Positions 13,545-28,670 of a stretch of 64,000 nucleotides of DNA are shown here, piece after piece (within the stretch, counting starts at the first letter, position 1; every line of letters starts with the position of its first letter). Below the pieces are notes generated by a model, which saw only the letters and a program-made list of their open reading frames with translations, ran no database searches and was not told the origin of the DNA. Source of the DNA: the human T2T-CHM13v2.0 reference genome, Homo sapiens. The position numbers were made by a program, and so were the translations under genes. The DNA is taken from assembly GCF_009914755.1 (NCBI RefSeq), contig NC_060925.1. One strand, given 5' to 3'.

Positions 13545-14300
13545 TAGACTTTTATTCTAATGCAGTAGACTTGAAATCATTTGAATGTGAGAGAAGAGCT
13601 GGAGTCAGAAAGAGATAAAAAGAGGGCCTGAGACTATGCCTTAAATTGTTAATACATTTAAGGGATAGAAGAAAGAAAAGGAGAACCGTTAGAGAAGATA
13701 GAAAGAAATTGTTTCCTGGATCAAAAACAGTTCTAGACTGGACTGTGTCTCCCACCCCTTTAAATTCATGTGTTGAAGCTCTAGCCCTCAATGGGACTGT
13801 ATTTGGAGATAAGACCTTTAAAGATGTAATTAAAGTTAAACGAGGTCATAAGAGTAGGGCCCTAATCCAATAAAGCCTGTGTTCTTATAAGAAGAGGAAG
13901 AGACTTCAAGGATGCCTGGAAAGGCCATGTGAGGACACAGCCAGGCAGGGGCCATCTGCAAGCCAAGAAGAGAGCCCTCAGGAGAAACCACACTTGCTAA
14001 CACCTGGATCTTGGCTCTCCAACCTCCAGAATTGTAAGAAATAAATTTCTGTTGTTCTAGCCACCCAGTCTGTGGGATTTTGTTATGGCAGCCCTGGCAG
14101 ACTAATACAGGATCCAAGAGAAGAGAGAGTTTGAAAAAGGTGGGAGTGATTGATTGTGAGAAGTGCTGCTGAAAACACAACAATAAAGTAAGCTGAGAAC
14201 TTAAGTGTCTGTTGGATCAGGAAATAAGAAGTCATTGTTAATTTTGACAAGAACATTTTAATGGACTGATAGAGGCAGATTGCAGCGGATTGAAGACTAA
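13545..14300 (-). mobile_element. L2 relic interrupted by an MLT1A LTR
   Basis: agaagagagagtttgaaaaaggtgggagtg...tgctgctga...gaagtcattgttaattttgacaagaacatttt is an L2 reverse-strand signature. Confidence 0.55.
13729..14109 (+). mobile_element. MaLR solo LTR, MLT1A/A0-like
   Basis: aattcatgtgttgaagc...gtatttggagataag...cttataagaagagg...ccatgtgaggacacag...aataaatttctgttg...gcagactaataca. Confidence 0.85.
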
Positions 14301-14919
14301 AGAGCAGGATTCACATAGAAAATATGGCAATATTTCAAATCATCAAAATGACAATATGGCTGAGTAGGTGTTGTATAATGAATAAAGAACTTCATAATTA
14401 AATGCTTATTCACAACTTTTAGTCTGAACATCTTTTGCTGTAGGAGATCTTGCCAAATTGATTCCCTTCGTACTTCCCAGTCCAAATCTAAATTAGTCAC
14501 TGCTATTACATATATGTTACCTTATCATTTTTAAATTGTAGTCTGTATCATAGTTACTTATACTTCTGCAGTTACTTAATTTTCTCTCTCACGAGGCAGT
14601 AAGCAATGTGAGAACAAGGATCATATTTGGTTTATTCCATTATCTATGGTTAGAACATAGTGGACATTTAATATGCATTAAATAAAACTAAAATTCATTC
14701 AACAATATGTCATTAAAATCTTTACATGTCAAATATATCATTTTACTGACTGGATTTTATGTATACATATAATTTACACCAGCCTTTCCTACTATAAATT
14801 ATACTATCTGGAATTGTTTAGCCAGTTAAGGATTAAATTCTGCCATAAAATTTAACTTTTTTCTTTTTTCTCCAGAAAAACTGTTTTGACCCTGGGCTTT
14901 TTTTGCAAGTAGTTTTCTA

Positions 14920-15207
<288 letters not shown>

Positions 15208-15750
15208 TCATGGTAATTGCCTTATTCAAGTTTCCAGCTCTAGTTGTACATAGCATTCTCATTTTTAATCTGTGTTAAGTAATTATTTCATATTCTTAAT
15301 TCTAACTTTGATGGCTTTTTTCCTTTAAAAAAACTTTATTGAAGTATAATTTACATATAATAAAATGCACCTATTAAGTTGTACAGTTTGATGAGCTTTC
15401 ACAAATGCCACCACCATAAACAAGATATAGAACACTTCCATCACTCAGAGAAGTACACTCATGCCCCTTTGCAGACAATCACTTCTACCTCTGCCCAAGG
15501 CAACCACTGATATACTTTGTCAATTTAGATGAAGATCTCATATAAATTGAATCATATGGCACATATTCAGCAGAACATGGTGTCACAGGAATTCATCCAT
15601 GTAGTTGTATGTATCAGTAGTTGATGCCTTTTTATTGCTGCATAGTATCTTTCCAATGAAACATGTTATTCTTTTCAAAGAATAAAAAAATTCTTTAGAA
15701 ACAATTGCTTATCCATTCACAAGATGATAAATATTTAGGTTATCATCAGG

Positions 15751-16246
15751 TGCTTGAGTTTTCTATTGCTATTTTAACAAATAAACACAAACTTGATGGG
15801 ATACAATGACACAAATTTATCATCTTATAGCTCTGGAGATAAAAAGTCCAAAATAAGTTTCATGGTACTAAAATCAAGATGTGGCAGGACTCCATTTCTT
15901 CTGGATGTTTAGAGGCAGTGTTTTCTTTCTTTTTCCAGCTTCTAGAGGTTCCCACATTCCTTGGCTCCTAGGCTCCTTTCATCTTCAAAGCCAACACATC
16001 TTTCTCATAGCTTCTTACCTCTGACTTGACAATGTCTCTTTTTTGCTTGTAGGTAGCCTTGTGATTACATTGGGCTTACCCAGATCCAGATCATCTAGGA
16101 TAATCTCTCTACCCAAGATCTTTAATGTAATCACACCTGCAAAGTCCCTTTTGGGAAGAAAGGTAATATATTCATAGTTTCTGGAGATTAGGCCTTTCCA
16201 GGCAAAGAGGTGGAAATCTTTGTGGGGCCATTTTTCTGCCTCCTAC
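15751..16246 (-). mobile_element. MaLR solo LTR, MLT1D-like
   Basis: gttttctattgct...aacaaat...cacaaatttatcatcttatagctctggag...ctaaaatcaag...gtgattacattggg...cacctgcaaagtccctt...ggggccatttttctgcctcctaca. Confidence 0.85.
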
Positions 16247-16677
16247 ACAAGGTAAAGGATATTATGAGTGAAGCTGTGGTGAGCATGCATGAACAAGTCT
16301 CTTGCGAACATAGGTTTTTATTTCATTTAGTGGTGGACGTGCTGAGCTGGACAGTAAATATGTTTAGCTTTATGATAAACTGCCAAATAGTTTTCCAAAA
16401 TGGTTGCTCCATGTTACATGCTCACTAACACTACTTGACATTTCATTGACTCCTTATCTTTTTCAATACTCAATATTGTCAAACTTTCAAATTTTAGCCA
16501 TTTAGTGGGTAAGGAGTAGTGTCTCAACTGTGGTTTTAATTTGTATTTTCTTGATGACTAATATGTTGAGCATCTTTTCCCATGATAACTGATTACACAT
16601 ATATATTTTTGTGTGAAGTATGTGTTCAACATTTATGCCCATTTTCATTGTTTTTTGTTGTCTTGTTAAACTGTAAG

Positions 16678-16679
<2 letters not shown>

Positions 16680-16706
<27 letters not shown>
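16680..16706. repeat. (TG)n microsatellite
   Basis: About 13 TG units. Confidence 0.95.
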
Positions 16707-16708
<2 letters not shown>

Positions 16709-17249
16709 CAAGTGTTTTTTTAGATATATATTTTTTGAATATTGCCTCAAAGTCTTGGGCTTCTCTTTTTCTTAACTGAATATCTTTCTATGAGCAAAAC
16801 TTTAAACATTTGGTGTAATTTTTCATTTTTTTCTATTATTGTGAGTATAGTGCGTAGCATACCATCATGATGATGATTTTTTCCTATCCTCCCACAATCT
16901 GTTTTGTATTTTAGCTTTTACATTTAGTCCTGTGATCCATTCTGAGTCAGTTTTTGTGTACGGCCTGATGTAAGGGTGAAGGCCCATTTCTTTTCCATAG
17001 TAATACCCAGTTGTTTCAGTACTATTTATTGAAATTACTGTATTTCTCTTATTGATATGCATTGGCAACTCTGTAGAAAATTAATTATATTATTGTACTT
17101 AGCATTTTAATAATATTTTAAATCCTTTTGTTAAGTATGTATTGCTTATATTTTCTCTTTATATGTTTCTTTTGACTGTCTTTCTAATACATACCTATTT
17201 AATAAACATGTCAAAATCAGCTGGATTTTTCACTATTTTTAAATCTTGG

Positions 17250-19310
17250 ATTTATAAGTCAATTCTATAATTTTTCTCTCTTGCAATTATGCAAGGGATT
17301 ATGGGAATGATTATAAACCTGTTATGAAAAATATTAGAATTTAATAAGAGAGAAATTGAAAGATAATATATAAAAGTCTATAATTGCCTATGTTCAAATA
17401 ATCACCATCAGAATACAGAATATTAAAAAATGTATGTTGTTTAAAAAACAATGGAAAATGGTAAAATGGTTAGATATAAATTTTACAAGTATTGCATCAG
17501 ACATAATTTAAAAAGCTATAAAGAAGTATAAACGAGGATTCAAATAACTGAAAAGCTATCCTATGCTTTTGAATAGGAAGATATAATTGCATCATTATGT
17601 CACTGTTCACTAAACTCATCTATATATTCAATGCAATCCTAATTAACAAACCCAGAGGATTTTGTTGTCATTTACATGCTTTTTCCCTTGTAGTTTTTAG
17701 ATTTATATTTGATTTTTGTACCTATAGGAAACTAAACAAATTATATTAAATTCACCTTGAAAATAAATATGTAGAGGCTAGGACATTTTCTAATAATGGA
17801 GAAAATTAGAAAAATCTAATAATGGGGGCAGACAGTCATAGAATTTAAAAATATATTATCAAATAAAACAATTTTTAAAACCTTAGCACTAGAAATGAAT
17901 ACATATTTATAATGGCACCAGAAATAAGTTAGACCAAACAATAAAACAGAGTAAAGGAAAAAGAGAGACACACACGATTGGCTTTAGTTTATGGTAATGA
18001 TGGAACTGTAAATTAGTAGGGAAGATAGGGATAATTCTATAAATCATATGAATAAAAGTAAAGATAAGTCATCATTCTTTAAAACAAGATAAATTTTTGA
18101 TGGAACAAAGATTTAAAGCAAGCATAAAATTTCTAGAAAGAAAGCACTGTGTATTTATTTATAATACTGAAATGAGAAAGATCTTTCTAAATTAGACATG
18201 AAAACTAAACACCTTTACAAAGATTTGATAACATTGACTACATTAAAACAGACAAAAACTTACCATAAACAAAGTCAAAAGGCCCAAAAGAAACTGGAAA
18301 AGAATTTTGCAATATATGCAACAGACACAAAACAAATTTTCAAAATTTTCAAAATGCATATATAAAATCTTGAAGAAAAATTTGCAAGAGCTATAAACAG
18401 TCAGTATAGAGAAAATATAATGAAATGTGCAATAAATGTCTGATGAGATATGGAACCCCACTCACAATTATATAAAATAATTAACTCTTTCACAAATTTA
18501 TTGAGTATTTCTTCCATGTTGGGAAAACAGCCATTAACAAAATAAACCCAAATCTCAGTTCTAATGCTGCTTACATTCTAGTAAGCAAATAATAGACAAT
18601 AAACAAGATAAATAAATACAATATAGTTTATTAGATGAGGACTGAGTGCTATGGAGAAAATAAAGCAGAGAAAGGAGAATGGAAGTTCTAAGGGGAGGGA
18701 GGAGTGCTGCAATTTTCTATATGATACCCAGGCACGACCTCCAATAAAGGTAACAATGGGGTACATTTCACAATTTCACACCTAATGGAAATGTGTGTGT
18801 GTGCTGCAAAATATATGTTCAAGAATGTTTATAGTATCATTATTTGTAACAGCAACACCTGGAAACAACCATATCTATCAAGTCTATCAATACTAGAATA
18901 AATAAATATTTTGGTATATTCACACAATGAAATCGCATGCAACAATAAATCTGAATGTGCTACAATTACAAGAGAACAATACGTTGGAATCTCAAGAACA
19001 TATATGAAAGTGAGGAAAGTCATATTTCGGAGCCTTCACTGTGTGGCTCCATTTAGATCAAGGTTAAAACTAGGCAAAACTAAAAATAAGTTTAGAAGTT
19101 AGGATAGCAGTTACCTTTGAGTAGGAGAGAGAGTGTAATAATTACACTGTGCATGAGGATGTCTTTAGGATACTAAGAGTGTTCTATTTCTTGGCCTGAG
19201 TAATGGTCACTCAATTGTTTTCTCATGGGACGATTCATTGAGATGTGCAATTGCGATTTATGCACTTTTCTTTATGTCTGTTACATGTCAGTTTGAAAAA
19301 AAAATAAAAA
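17250..19310 (+). mobile_element. Highly degraded old L1 (L1ME/MC-like) with an L2 fragment at about 18485-18760 (-)
   Basis: tatattcaatgcaatcctaat, gactacattaaaa...taccataaacaaagtcaaaagg, ttggtatattcacacaatgaaat, aggatagcagttacctttg...gttctatttcttggcctgag. L2 end ttcacaaatttattgag. Confidence 0.55.
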
Positions 19311-19769
19311 GAGTGATTTAATTTTCTCTTTCTGGATGCCTAAGATTCTTTCATTATTCTTGACGTTTAAAAACTGAACCAGCCATTTTTATCTTTTCAT
19401 TAACTTTTCCTGCTACTCAGTGAACACTTTGATCTGTATACTTGGGCCTTTCACAGGTCAGAGAAGCTTCTTCATGTTTTCCCTCTTTTCTTTAATAAGA
19501 AATATTACACTTCATTGGCTCTCTTGTCTCTGGTGTTCAATTTCTACCATATTCGTTCCTATTGTCTTTGTGTCTGAATATTTCTGCTGCACTTTAAGAG
19601 TAATTACCATTTGTCTTTCAAATTATTTATTTGATTTTCAGAATTATCAATTCACTTCTGAACTTTTTACTGCTAGTAATTTTCTTTCTGAAATTGCTTT
19701 TTAGTTTCCTAATATGGTAGTCATTGAGGCTGTTCACATGTTTTTAGTTTTGTTTTGTTTTGTTTTTTA

Positions 19770-20116
19770 GGTTGTAGAGAAGGTACTGTTCCCATTGAAA
19801 TCAGTAACGGCCATGTGACCTGATTCGACTCATGAAATGTAAGTGGAAGATGAATGTAGACTTTATGTGCAGAGGCTTTAAGAGTTATGAGATAATTGTC
19901 ATACTCTCGTTCATAATCTTTGTACCTCAGTGATTAGCAACACTCACTGTCATGGCTTCTTCATCATCCTGGGTCCTAGAGTGAAGTCCTAGAGCCCATT
20001 ATCAACCCATGCTAAATATGTAGGATAAGCAAGAAATAAGATCTTCCTGCTTGAAGCCACTGATATTTTGGACTTTTTGTTACTGCAGCAACATCATGCC
20101 TATCCTGACTGATACA
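19770..20116 (+). mobile_element. MaLR LTR, MLT1I-like
   Basis: ggccatgtgacc...gaggctttaagag...gcaagaaataag...aagccactga...ttgttactgcagcaac...cctatcctgactgataca. Confidence 0.7.
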
Positions 20117-21969
20117 TGGTATATAATCATTCCTAATATTTTCCTAATATTTGTAATTTATACAATTTCATTTGTTTGTTTACTATCATAATTATATAAT
20201 TATACAATAGTTACTTATACAATTTTATCTGTTTACTGTCATAATTATTCCAAAAATTGTGACCAGTTTCTTCATATTAATTGCCATCATCTCTTTTCTT
20301 ACAGCATGGACTTTTTCATAGTCTCAATGGGATGTTTATCTAAAATGCATACATTCCTAAATGAAGAGTGCCCTTGTCTTCACTGTATATTGTGTTATTG
20401 TTAGAACTTTCAAACATGCTAAAGAAGCTGATAAGTCTAAGTTCACATCAATAATTACATTATTCAACAACCTGAGAGAAGTGAAGCCAGGTTGAGTGTA
20501 GTCCCAGTAGAGAGATGTTTTCTATGTTCTCTTTCTTTTGTGTTTAGTAAAGGTACTTCACCAGAGGTCAATTTTCTGTACCAATTTCTGTTTGGCTGGA
20601 GCAGATTCCAGCTGTGTCTGTGCTTGGTCTCCCACCTGATGCCACCACATCAAAGGGAAGCCCATATTACACTGGAAACAAGGCCCTGCTTCCCTGCTGA
20701 GTTTTGTGTTTTGTGACGTTCCCAAGCAAAATTCGAAATCTTCCTGTTTCAATTTTTGTAATGTGTATCATTAAAATAATACTCTCACATGTGAATAAAT
20801 CAAATACTAAGATTAGCCTATCCTAATTTCTATACCTCCTACCCCCATACGTGTTTAAACCTGTAGTCCCACTCTCCAGGAGAAACCTCTTTTTTTTATT
20901 GGTAATATAGGTGTTAATTTTTGATATTTTTAATATCTCAAATAAAGAAAAAGAAAGAAAGAAAGTAAAATTACTTGTTAAAAATCAGTTCAAATTAAAA
21001 TTCACTATAATGGTTAAAACAGCTAACATGTATTGAATGATTATGCTCTAGGCACTGTGGAAAAACCTCTTTAACATGTTCCTGTTACCTCCAAAATACT
21101 AGATAATAAACTTACATCTCTGTAACTTTATTTAAACACTCCGGACAGGTATTGATTGATTGCCTACAATTTTTTTAAAAAGTTTTGCTAAGTAAACCTT
21201 TAACCCACTCCACTTCTCTTCTCAATGCTTAATAGAACCATTTCTTGCAATTCTTCAATTTGTTGTTAGATTATATTTAATATTTCAAATATTAGTGTGC
21301 TTACATTTGCTTCCACATTCCCTCTACCATTTCACTTCCCACTGTCTGTGTGCTATTCTTTTACATTTATACCAGTTTTTTTTGGTTAATATATTCATTT
21401 AGTTCTGCATCACCATCTAAGTTCTTACACAATTTTTCCATGAGTTAACCAAAGTTGAAAACCATTACGACATTATTACATTATTATGTTATTATGAATG
21501 TGTGCTGGTTACATTTCCTTTCGTATATGAATAATACCAAAACTCCTAAGCCACCTAGAAGAGAATGTTAGGAGCACCAAGGCAAAGACAAATTCTCTTA
21601 TATTCCAACAATTGCTTCAAATCAATTGTTTACATGCAACTTATTTTTTTCCTGAAATTTCATATTGCCATTCCTTTTCTTTTGAATCACATGCTTTATC
21701 ATACCTCCACTTTGTGCCATCCCCTCAATCACAGAGTCCCCTGCATGATATCTTCTTTTCTCTTCATTGGCTTCCCTCCCAGAGCCCAGCATTCTCCTAT
21801 GGCACTCTAAAACGACCACCTTAAAGCCGGATGGACCACTGTCATCCTGAGATTCCCCTGTATTGCTCTGCTTCTTTGTCCCTGTGTCTTTGTATTTCTT
21901 GGTCTTCTCCCTCATTTTGCTAGAGTACACCCTCAGATAACTTTACCAAAATGTAAAGAGATTCGGGAG

Positions 21970-22525
21970 GTGTGGCTGCTTGTTTCATGATGTGGGACCT
22001 AGTTATCTTCTCCTCAACATCCTTTCTCCTTTTCTTACTAAGGAACAGAATTTGATTTTTTTTTTTCTTGGGCTGCAAAGTGCCCAAATAAAGATGCAAC
22101 CTTGCAGCTAGGTATGTTCAATAATTTAAGGAGGCATTGTTGGGTGCAATTTCAGGGAACACTTCTTTGATGGGTTAAAATACCTGGTAAGCACTCCATA
22201 GACAAGCATGCCCCTACTTCTAACTGGAACGCAGACGTGATAAGAGGAACTCCAACAGCCATTTGAAACATGAGGTAATCTTGTGAACAGAAGCCATGCA
22301 CTAAGGATAACAAAGAGAGGAGCCAGGCCCTAAGAAGTCTGGGAAGCTGATGACATCATAAAACTGCTATACTAGCCCTGTTACACTATATTGTACTTAA
22401 AACATAGCTGCCACTTACTTAAAAATATATTTTACAAGGGAAAGAGAAAAATTTATATGCAATTTAAGTAACTGTTATTTCTGATCTCAGTTGCTAGCTA
22501 CTGAATGCAATTACATATTGAAAAT
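21970..22525 (+). mobile_element. MaLR LTR, MLT1J/K-like
   Basis: ccttgcagctagg...ctggaacgcagacgtgat...cagccatttgaaacatgagg...gaagccatgcactaaggat...ctgatgac. Confidence 0.55.
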
Positions 22526-22559
22526 GGTGATAAAATTTCTGGGCTCTTAAACATCAAAA

Positions 22560-23330
22560 AATACCTCAATTCTGCCCTCATGCTAACTATTTTTGTGATT
22601 ACAGATTTCAAGGTTGAAAATTACTTTCCCTCTATGCTGTAGCCATTTCTCTGTTCTCTTCTAGCATTAATTGTTGCTGTCGAGAATCTGATGCAAGTTT
22701 GATTTTCATTTCTTTGTGGGAAATTGTTTTCTCCTCTTTAAAAAGTTTGGAATCTTTAAGATTTTCTTGATGTTTTAAAACTTTACAAGAATGTATCCAG
22801 ATGTGGGTTTCGTTTTCATTTCCATTCTTTGTACAAGGCACTCAGTAATATACGACCTAAAGATTTATGTTCTGTAACTCAAAGAAAGTGTCTCCTATTA
22901 TTTCTTGGATAATGTTCGCCCTTCCATTTTCTTTGTTCTGTATGTCTACTTGTCAGTTACTGGACCTCTGCACTTGTTTATTAGGTTCCATCCTTTCCTT
23001 TATGTTTTTGATTCTACTTTTATTTCTTTACATTCTGGAAGATTTCCTGTATATTTGAAGCAGCTTTCTTGACTTTTTAAAATTTTAGCAATTCTCTTTT
23101 TAATGTCTAACATCCCATTAAATGTTAGTAATTCTATTTTTAATGTCTAACATCCCATTCTTACATTATAGTAGTTACTTTTCATAGCATCCTATCTTAA
23201 TTTTATGGAACACAATATCTTCTCAAATATCTGTGTGAATATTAATTAAAGGTATTATATTTTGGTGTTTATTGACATTAAAATATTTTCTACTCCTTGT
23301 TTACTCTGGGAAAACTTTTAAAAATCTTTG
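22560..23330 (-). mobile_element. Ancient L1/HAL1 ORF1 relic
   Basis: ORF 22632-22841 (...KEEKTISHKEMKIKLASDS...) resembles the ORF1p segment KQITYKGxxIRLxxDFS. Confidence 0.5.
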
Positions 23331-24459
23331 TTCTTAAATTTTTATATATGTCTTATAATCTTTGATGATTTTTACACGAATAGGACTAGGTAACCACGTG
23401 GGTATTTTCTGCATCTGTAAGGAGCTAATTTTCTCACTATGTCTCACCTTGTTTCTCCCTGAGCAGAAGGTCCAGCCAGGAGGGTGGGAAGTGTGAGAAT
23501 GGTATAGTGCACGCAGACATTGGGTCCCCAAATTACAGAATGAGGAGGGTCACCAACACCACACTTAAAAGACTTGACTTTTCTGGATGGCTACTTTAAT
23601 TTTGGTATGGAAGAGATTTGACTCGTGGTAAATATCAGACTGTCTTCACTCCACAACACGGATATGGGAGGGAGAAAAGGGTGCCAATAGGAGTAGTTAT
23701 TTTGTTGCTCTCTTCTATCATACTCACTAACTATGGGGCAGAGTCTCTCTGGGATTCACTGCATCAGTTGGTTTCCCTCTTCTCTGCAGCCATCTTTGTA
23801 CAATTGACCATTCCTTTCCTGTCTTTCAAAAATGTATTGAAAAATCTCATCCATCAAAATTTACTACCCAATCAGTTTTCTTCTTTTCTTCTCTATTATA
23901 TATTTAATCCTTTTGTTTTTCATTCTTTTATTTTTGTGAACAGAAGTACATCATGTTGCCCTAGATTCTATATTCAAAGGAGCTGATTCATGCCAGTAAA
24001 ACAGAATCCAAGTGGTATGTTCCCTGAGTTCTTTCTGTATCTCCAGCCCTCTCTTTTGGTCAATAAGCTTTCATTCTATGTGACACAGACTCAACAAATA
24101 GTTATTGATTTACTTCATTAAAATATTCAGAGTTAGACAAAGTTTTCGGCATGCCTCTACCCCAGGGTTTAATGTTGTCAGTCTGTCTGTCTCCCCATCT
24201 CTTGAATCAGTATTCTTTTTTGGCTTTACTCTTATGATGCCACTAGCAGCTCCAGGCTTACATCAATGCAGGATTAAGTCTAGAAGAAGAGTTCCCCAGA
24301 ATACAAGCAAATTTGCCATTCTTAGTTTATTTGCATTCCTGTTACAATCTCTGTGGTGAGAGGATTATAATGTTCTCTGCAGTATAAAGGAACTGCATCT
24401 CTAAACCATTTCTATCAGCCAAAGGGATTCAATGCTCTGAGTGCCCACTCTAATACCAG

Positions 24460-25129
<670 letters not shown>

Positions 25130-26099
25130 AGCTAACTTTTTTTTCAAGTAGAGATACTGTCAGTTCCATCTCAACCACATGGACATTGACAACTGACATA
25201 ATTAGCTCACGAAAAAAAAAAATAGTAATAATCAGAAGTTCTAAATGTACTCCAAATGTTTGGGGCATTATTACTGGCCAAGTAAATGCAAAAGATGAGG
25301 ATGCAATATACACAGATAAGGTCACAAATGGAGGATTCCTGGATGAACTTTTGTTGAAGCAGTTACCTTACAGTAGGAGGTATTGTGTGTTAGTCCTCAC
25401 CGCCAGCATTTTTTTGACCCCATCTACATGCACTTAGTAGATAGTCCTTGATGTGTCTGCCTTAAGGAAACCATCCTTCTCTAGTTTTTAGTGCATATGT
25501 TGGCTTTCACCTATTTTAATACTGTTTGTCATTATAAATTGAATTTTAGCCCCTACCCTCACCCTTACCTGGAAGTCTATAAAACATTTTCTCATAAACT
25601 TTTGTAACACAATTCAATTATTAAAACCAATTATACTGTTTAAAATAAAAGCCTTTAGAAGGCTTGTCAGCTACTTTGATATATATCATATTTAAAGGAA
25701 CTTCTTCCCTTTTTAGTTTCTTTAGAGTATAATTAGTTTCTCTAGAAAATGTCTGGATTTTTGGAAAAGGAAACTACAATTAATTTTTTTTAAAACCAAT
25801 ATCCCTATCCAGACAACCAAAATGAAAACTCCTCTCTAGCATTTGGATTTATCTTTTTAAAAGAAATGTGTTTCTTATATTATGATAAATCCTGAAATTT
25901 AAAATGTCCATTAAATAAGAAACACCTTATGAAGACAAACCTGAAAATAGACTGGGACTAGCAATTAAGAAAGCAGGAATTGACACCCAGCTATCTTGCT
26001 CACCACTATGTGACCATGAAAGAGTTATTGGTGGACTTGAGATGTTTCACAGCCACGTCCCTTTTTGTCATGGTAAGAATCAAGCTGTCCCAGTCATCT

Positions 26100-28670
26100 A
26101 TCCCTATCCGTGTGCAAACCTCCATATTCCTCTGAGTTTCTTTTCTTCAAACCTCCAATCTTAGCTCTCTCTTCCACTTTAACTTTTTCCTATGAGATCT
26201 CTGATCTAAAGAAAATAAATTCTCCTACATGCTCAGTTTCCCCAAGCCTCTCTCTTCACCTTCTTCCTTCAGCCCTCCTCCACCCCTTCCATAACAATGC
26301 CACCTCCCTGCACACGTGCACATCTTCTCCCTCATTCCAAGTTTGTTCTTTGAGCTCATGGATACATGATTGGCTCCATGATTCTCTCCTACCCACCCAG
26401 TCCCTCTATTAGGACTATTCTTTGTCCTTCCATCTTAACACTCAAGGTCCATAACTCTAATAGATATGCAATTGAAACTCATATTTTCAATGCAGGCCCT
26501 CCTTTGTTTCATAGAACTTACCTGGAACACATCATCTTTCAAAAACTCTAAATATCTTCCTATGCTAAAAACTAAAGAAGGAAATTATATCTGCATAAAT
26601 TCATGCCATTAAATCTTTAAGGTTTCAAACTGCAAATAAGTTTGAATCCTTTCCAATGAATCTATCCCCTTCCTCCCAGTGTGTATATCACATCATAATA
26701 ATTCAAGTCTTGAATCCCATGACTCCTCCATCTCCTTTAGGAGAAAATGAAGGCTGCAGTATAGGAACTAGACTTATTCTCTGCCCTTGACCCTACAGAG
26801 TCAGTTGCATCTGCAAACAACTTCCTCCTCTTCGTCCATCATAGAAGTAGTATCCACATTTCCACGTAAGGTGGCATCCTGGGTCCTGCTTCTTCCTGAA
26901 TCCTTGAAGATTTGAATATATCAGTTATTATCCCCTCTAGTATTTCCAATATCTCCTTATATCCTGGTCTTTCTTGTGATTGTCTAAACATATTCAAGGC
27001 TCACCTATATTAGAACAAATAAACAAACTTCTCCTGACCCTGTGTGCTTATCTCTCTACTGTCTTTTCTCTCCTTCCACTGATACACTAATTTCTTTGAA
27101 GTGATGCCTGCACTCACTGTTGCCGCCTTCTTATTCTCCAGGTATCTTTAACTCACTGATCCATCCTTTCACCAAAACTGTTCTCACCAGGGTCATCAGT
27201 GGTCTCTGCTGTTAAATCCAGTTATTTATTTTTTTTTCTTTCTTGACTTCTGCAGCATTTGAAATGATAAATTATTTCCTCCTTCTTGAGACTCTGCTCC
27301 TCATGCCACTTGATACCATAATTTCACATTTTCTTATAATTCTCTTGCATCTATTGCTCAGATTTTTATAAAGACATCTCTCCTTCAATAGTTATACCTC
27401 TGATTTTGTAGCCCATGTTCCTGTCTTTATTTTTTTCTCTTCTAACTCTGAACTGTTGGTTTCTAACCATTTCAGGAATCCGTTAAAAGCCAAGAATATG
27501 TCAGGAAAACAAACATATGTGATGATTTTTTTATAAAATGTCAGAGTTTTTATCAACTTTCTAAAAGTCTTCCATGGATCCCACTTCATGCATTCTCTCA
27601 CATGTTCACATTCCCTGTCATGTTTTCAGGAACCACTCATATGCTATTTATTCACTATCACTGTCTCCAGCCATGACTGCCACCTTCCTACCTAGCTCTA
27701 TTTGAATGTTCTCCCACATAGCTCGTCCTCGTTCTGTCCAAAATGAAACCCACCAGCTTCCTTCCTGTAAACTTGATTCCACCCTTACGACTGGAGCAAA
27801 AACTCCATAAGCCAAAGGATCTTCTCTATCTTTTATGTCTTTACTTCTAAACCCAGAGGAGCGCCTGGCACATGATAGGCACCCAATAAATTTTGGCTGA
27901 ATGGAGGAATCAATGTGTCTTAGCTCAATAGATAGCTCTATTATTTAAGCACTTGACAAACTATAAACCTGAGTCTGCTTCCTTCCCCACAAGCCTGAGT
28001 CATTTTGTCTCTAGTTTCTTAAGTTCACTTTTTTTTTTCTGTAGTGCTATAATGGCCTCCTCACTCCCTCTGTCCTTACATCCTCTATTCCATGTGTTTT
28101 CAATATTGCTAGAGTAATCTTTCTAGAGTGCAAATATGTTTATGCCCCTTTCTTCTTAATTTTTTTCCAGAAATTCTGCATGGCTTTTCAGAAAGTTCAA
28201 ATAGCATAGAACAGAGGTCTATAATGGTCTTGCTTGTGCTTTCCTTCCATCTATCCCTTGCTGCTTTCCCCTGATACAGATTCTATGCCTGACCTTGCCA
28301 CAAGAACAACTAATCTTGCTTTCCTGAACCTGTCTTGTTCTCTTCAACTTCAGGCCATTGCTCATGGCTCTCTGCTTGGAATATTAAATGTGTCCGCCTC
28401 TCTCCAAGTCACTGCTCAGGACTCCTGCCATATGCCCTTTCCATGGCTGCTCCCTTCTCACTCTCCAGTCTGGAATAAAACTCTTTTCTAAATGCTTTCA
28501 TGGTACCCTGTTCTCACCCTTATCCTAACACCTGTCACATTGTGATTTAATTGTTTATGGCAGTCACCTCACCTGATTCTCTACTAAAGGCTAACTTTCA
28601 TCATTGCAAAAACTGTCTTATTTATGTTTGCTTCCCTTGTGTTTAGTACAGTGCTCAATAAATAGACACG
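26100..28670 (+). mobile_element. Long, fragmented L2 relic(s)
   Basis: Pyrimidine-rich L2 motifs: aaactgttctcaccagggtcatcagtg, cttgacttctgcagcatttga, cctggcacatgataggcacccaataaat...tgaatg, gtgctcaataaat. Confidence 0.65.

Larger units (their letters stand above)
15330..17070 (-). mobile_element. L1MB/L1MC-type 3' fragment interrupted by MLT1D and (TG)n
   Basis: ctttattgaagtataatttacata...gtacagtttgatgag...aagatatagaacacttccatcac...ggcaaccactga; resumes after 16247 with aaactgccaaatagttttccaaaatggttg. Confidence 0.75.
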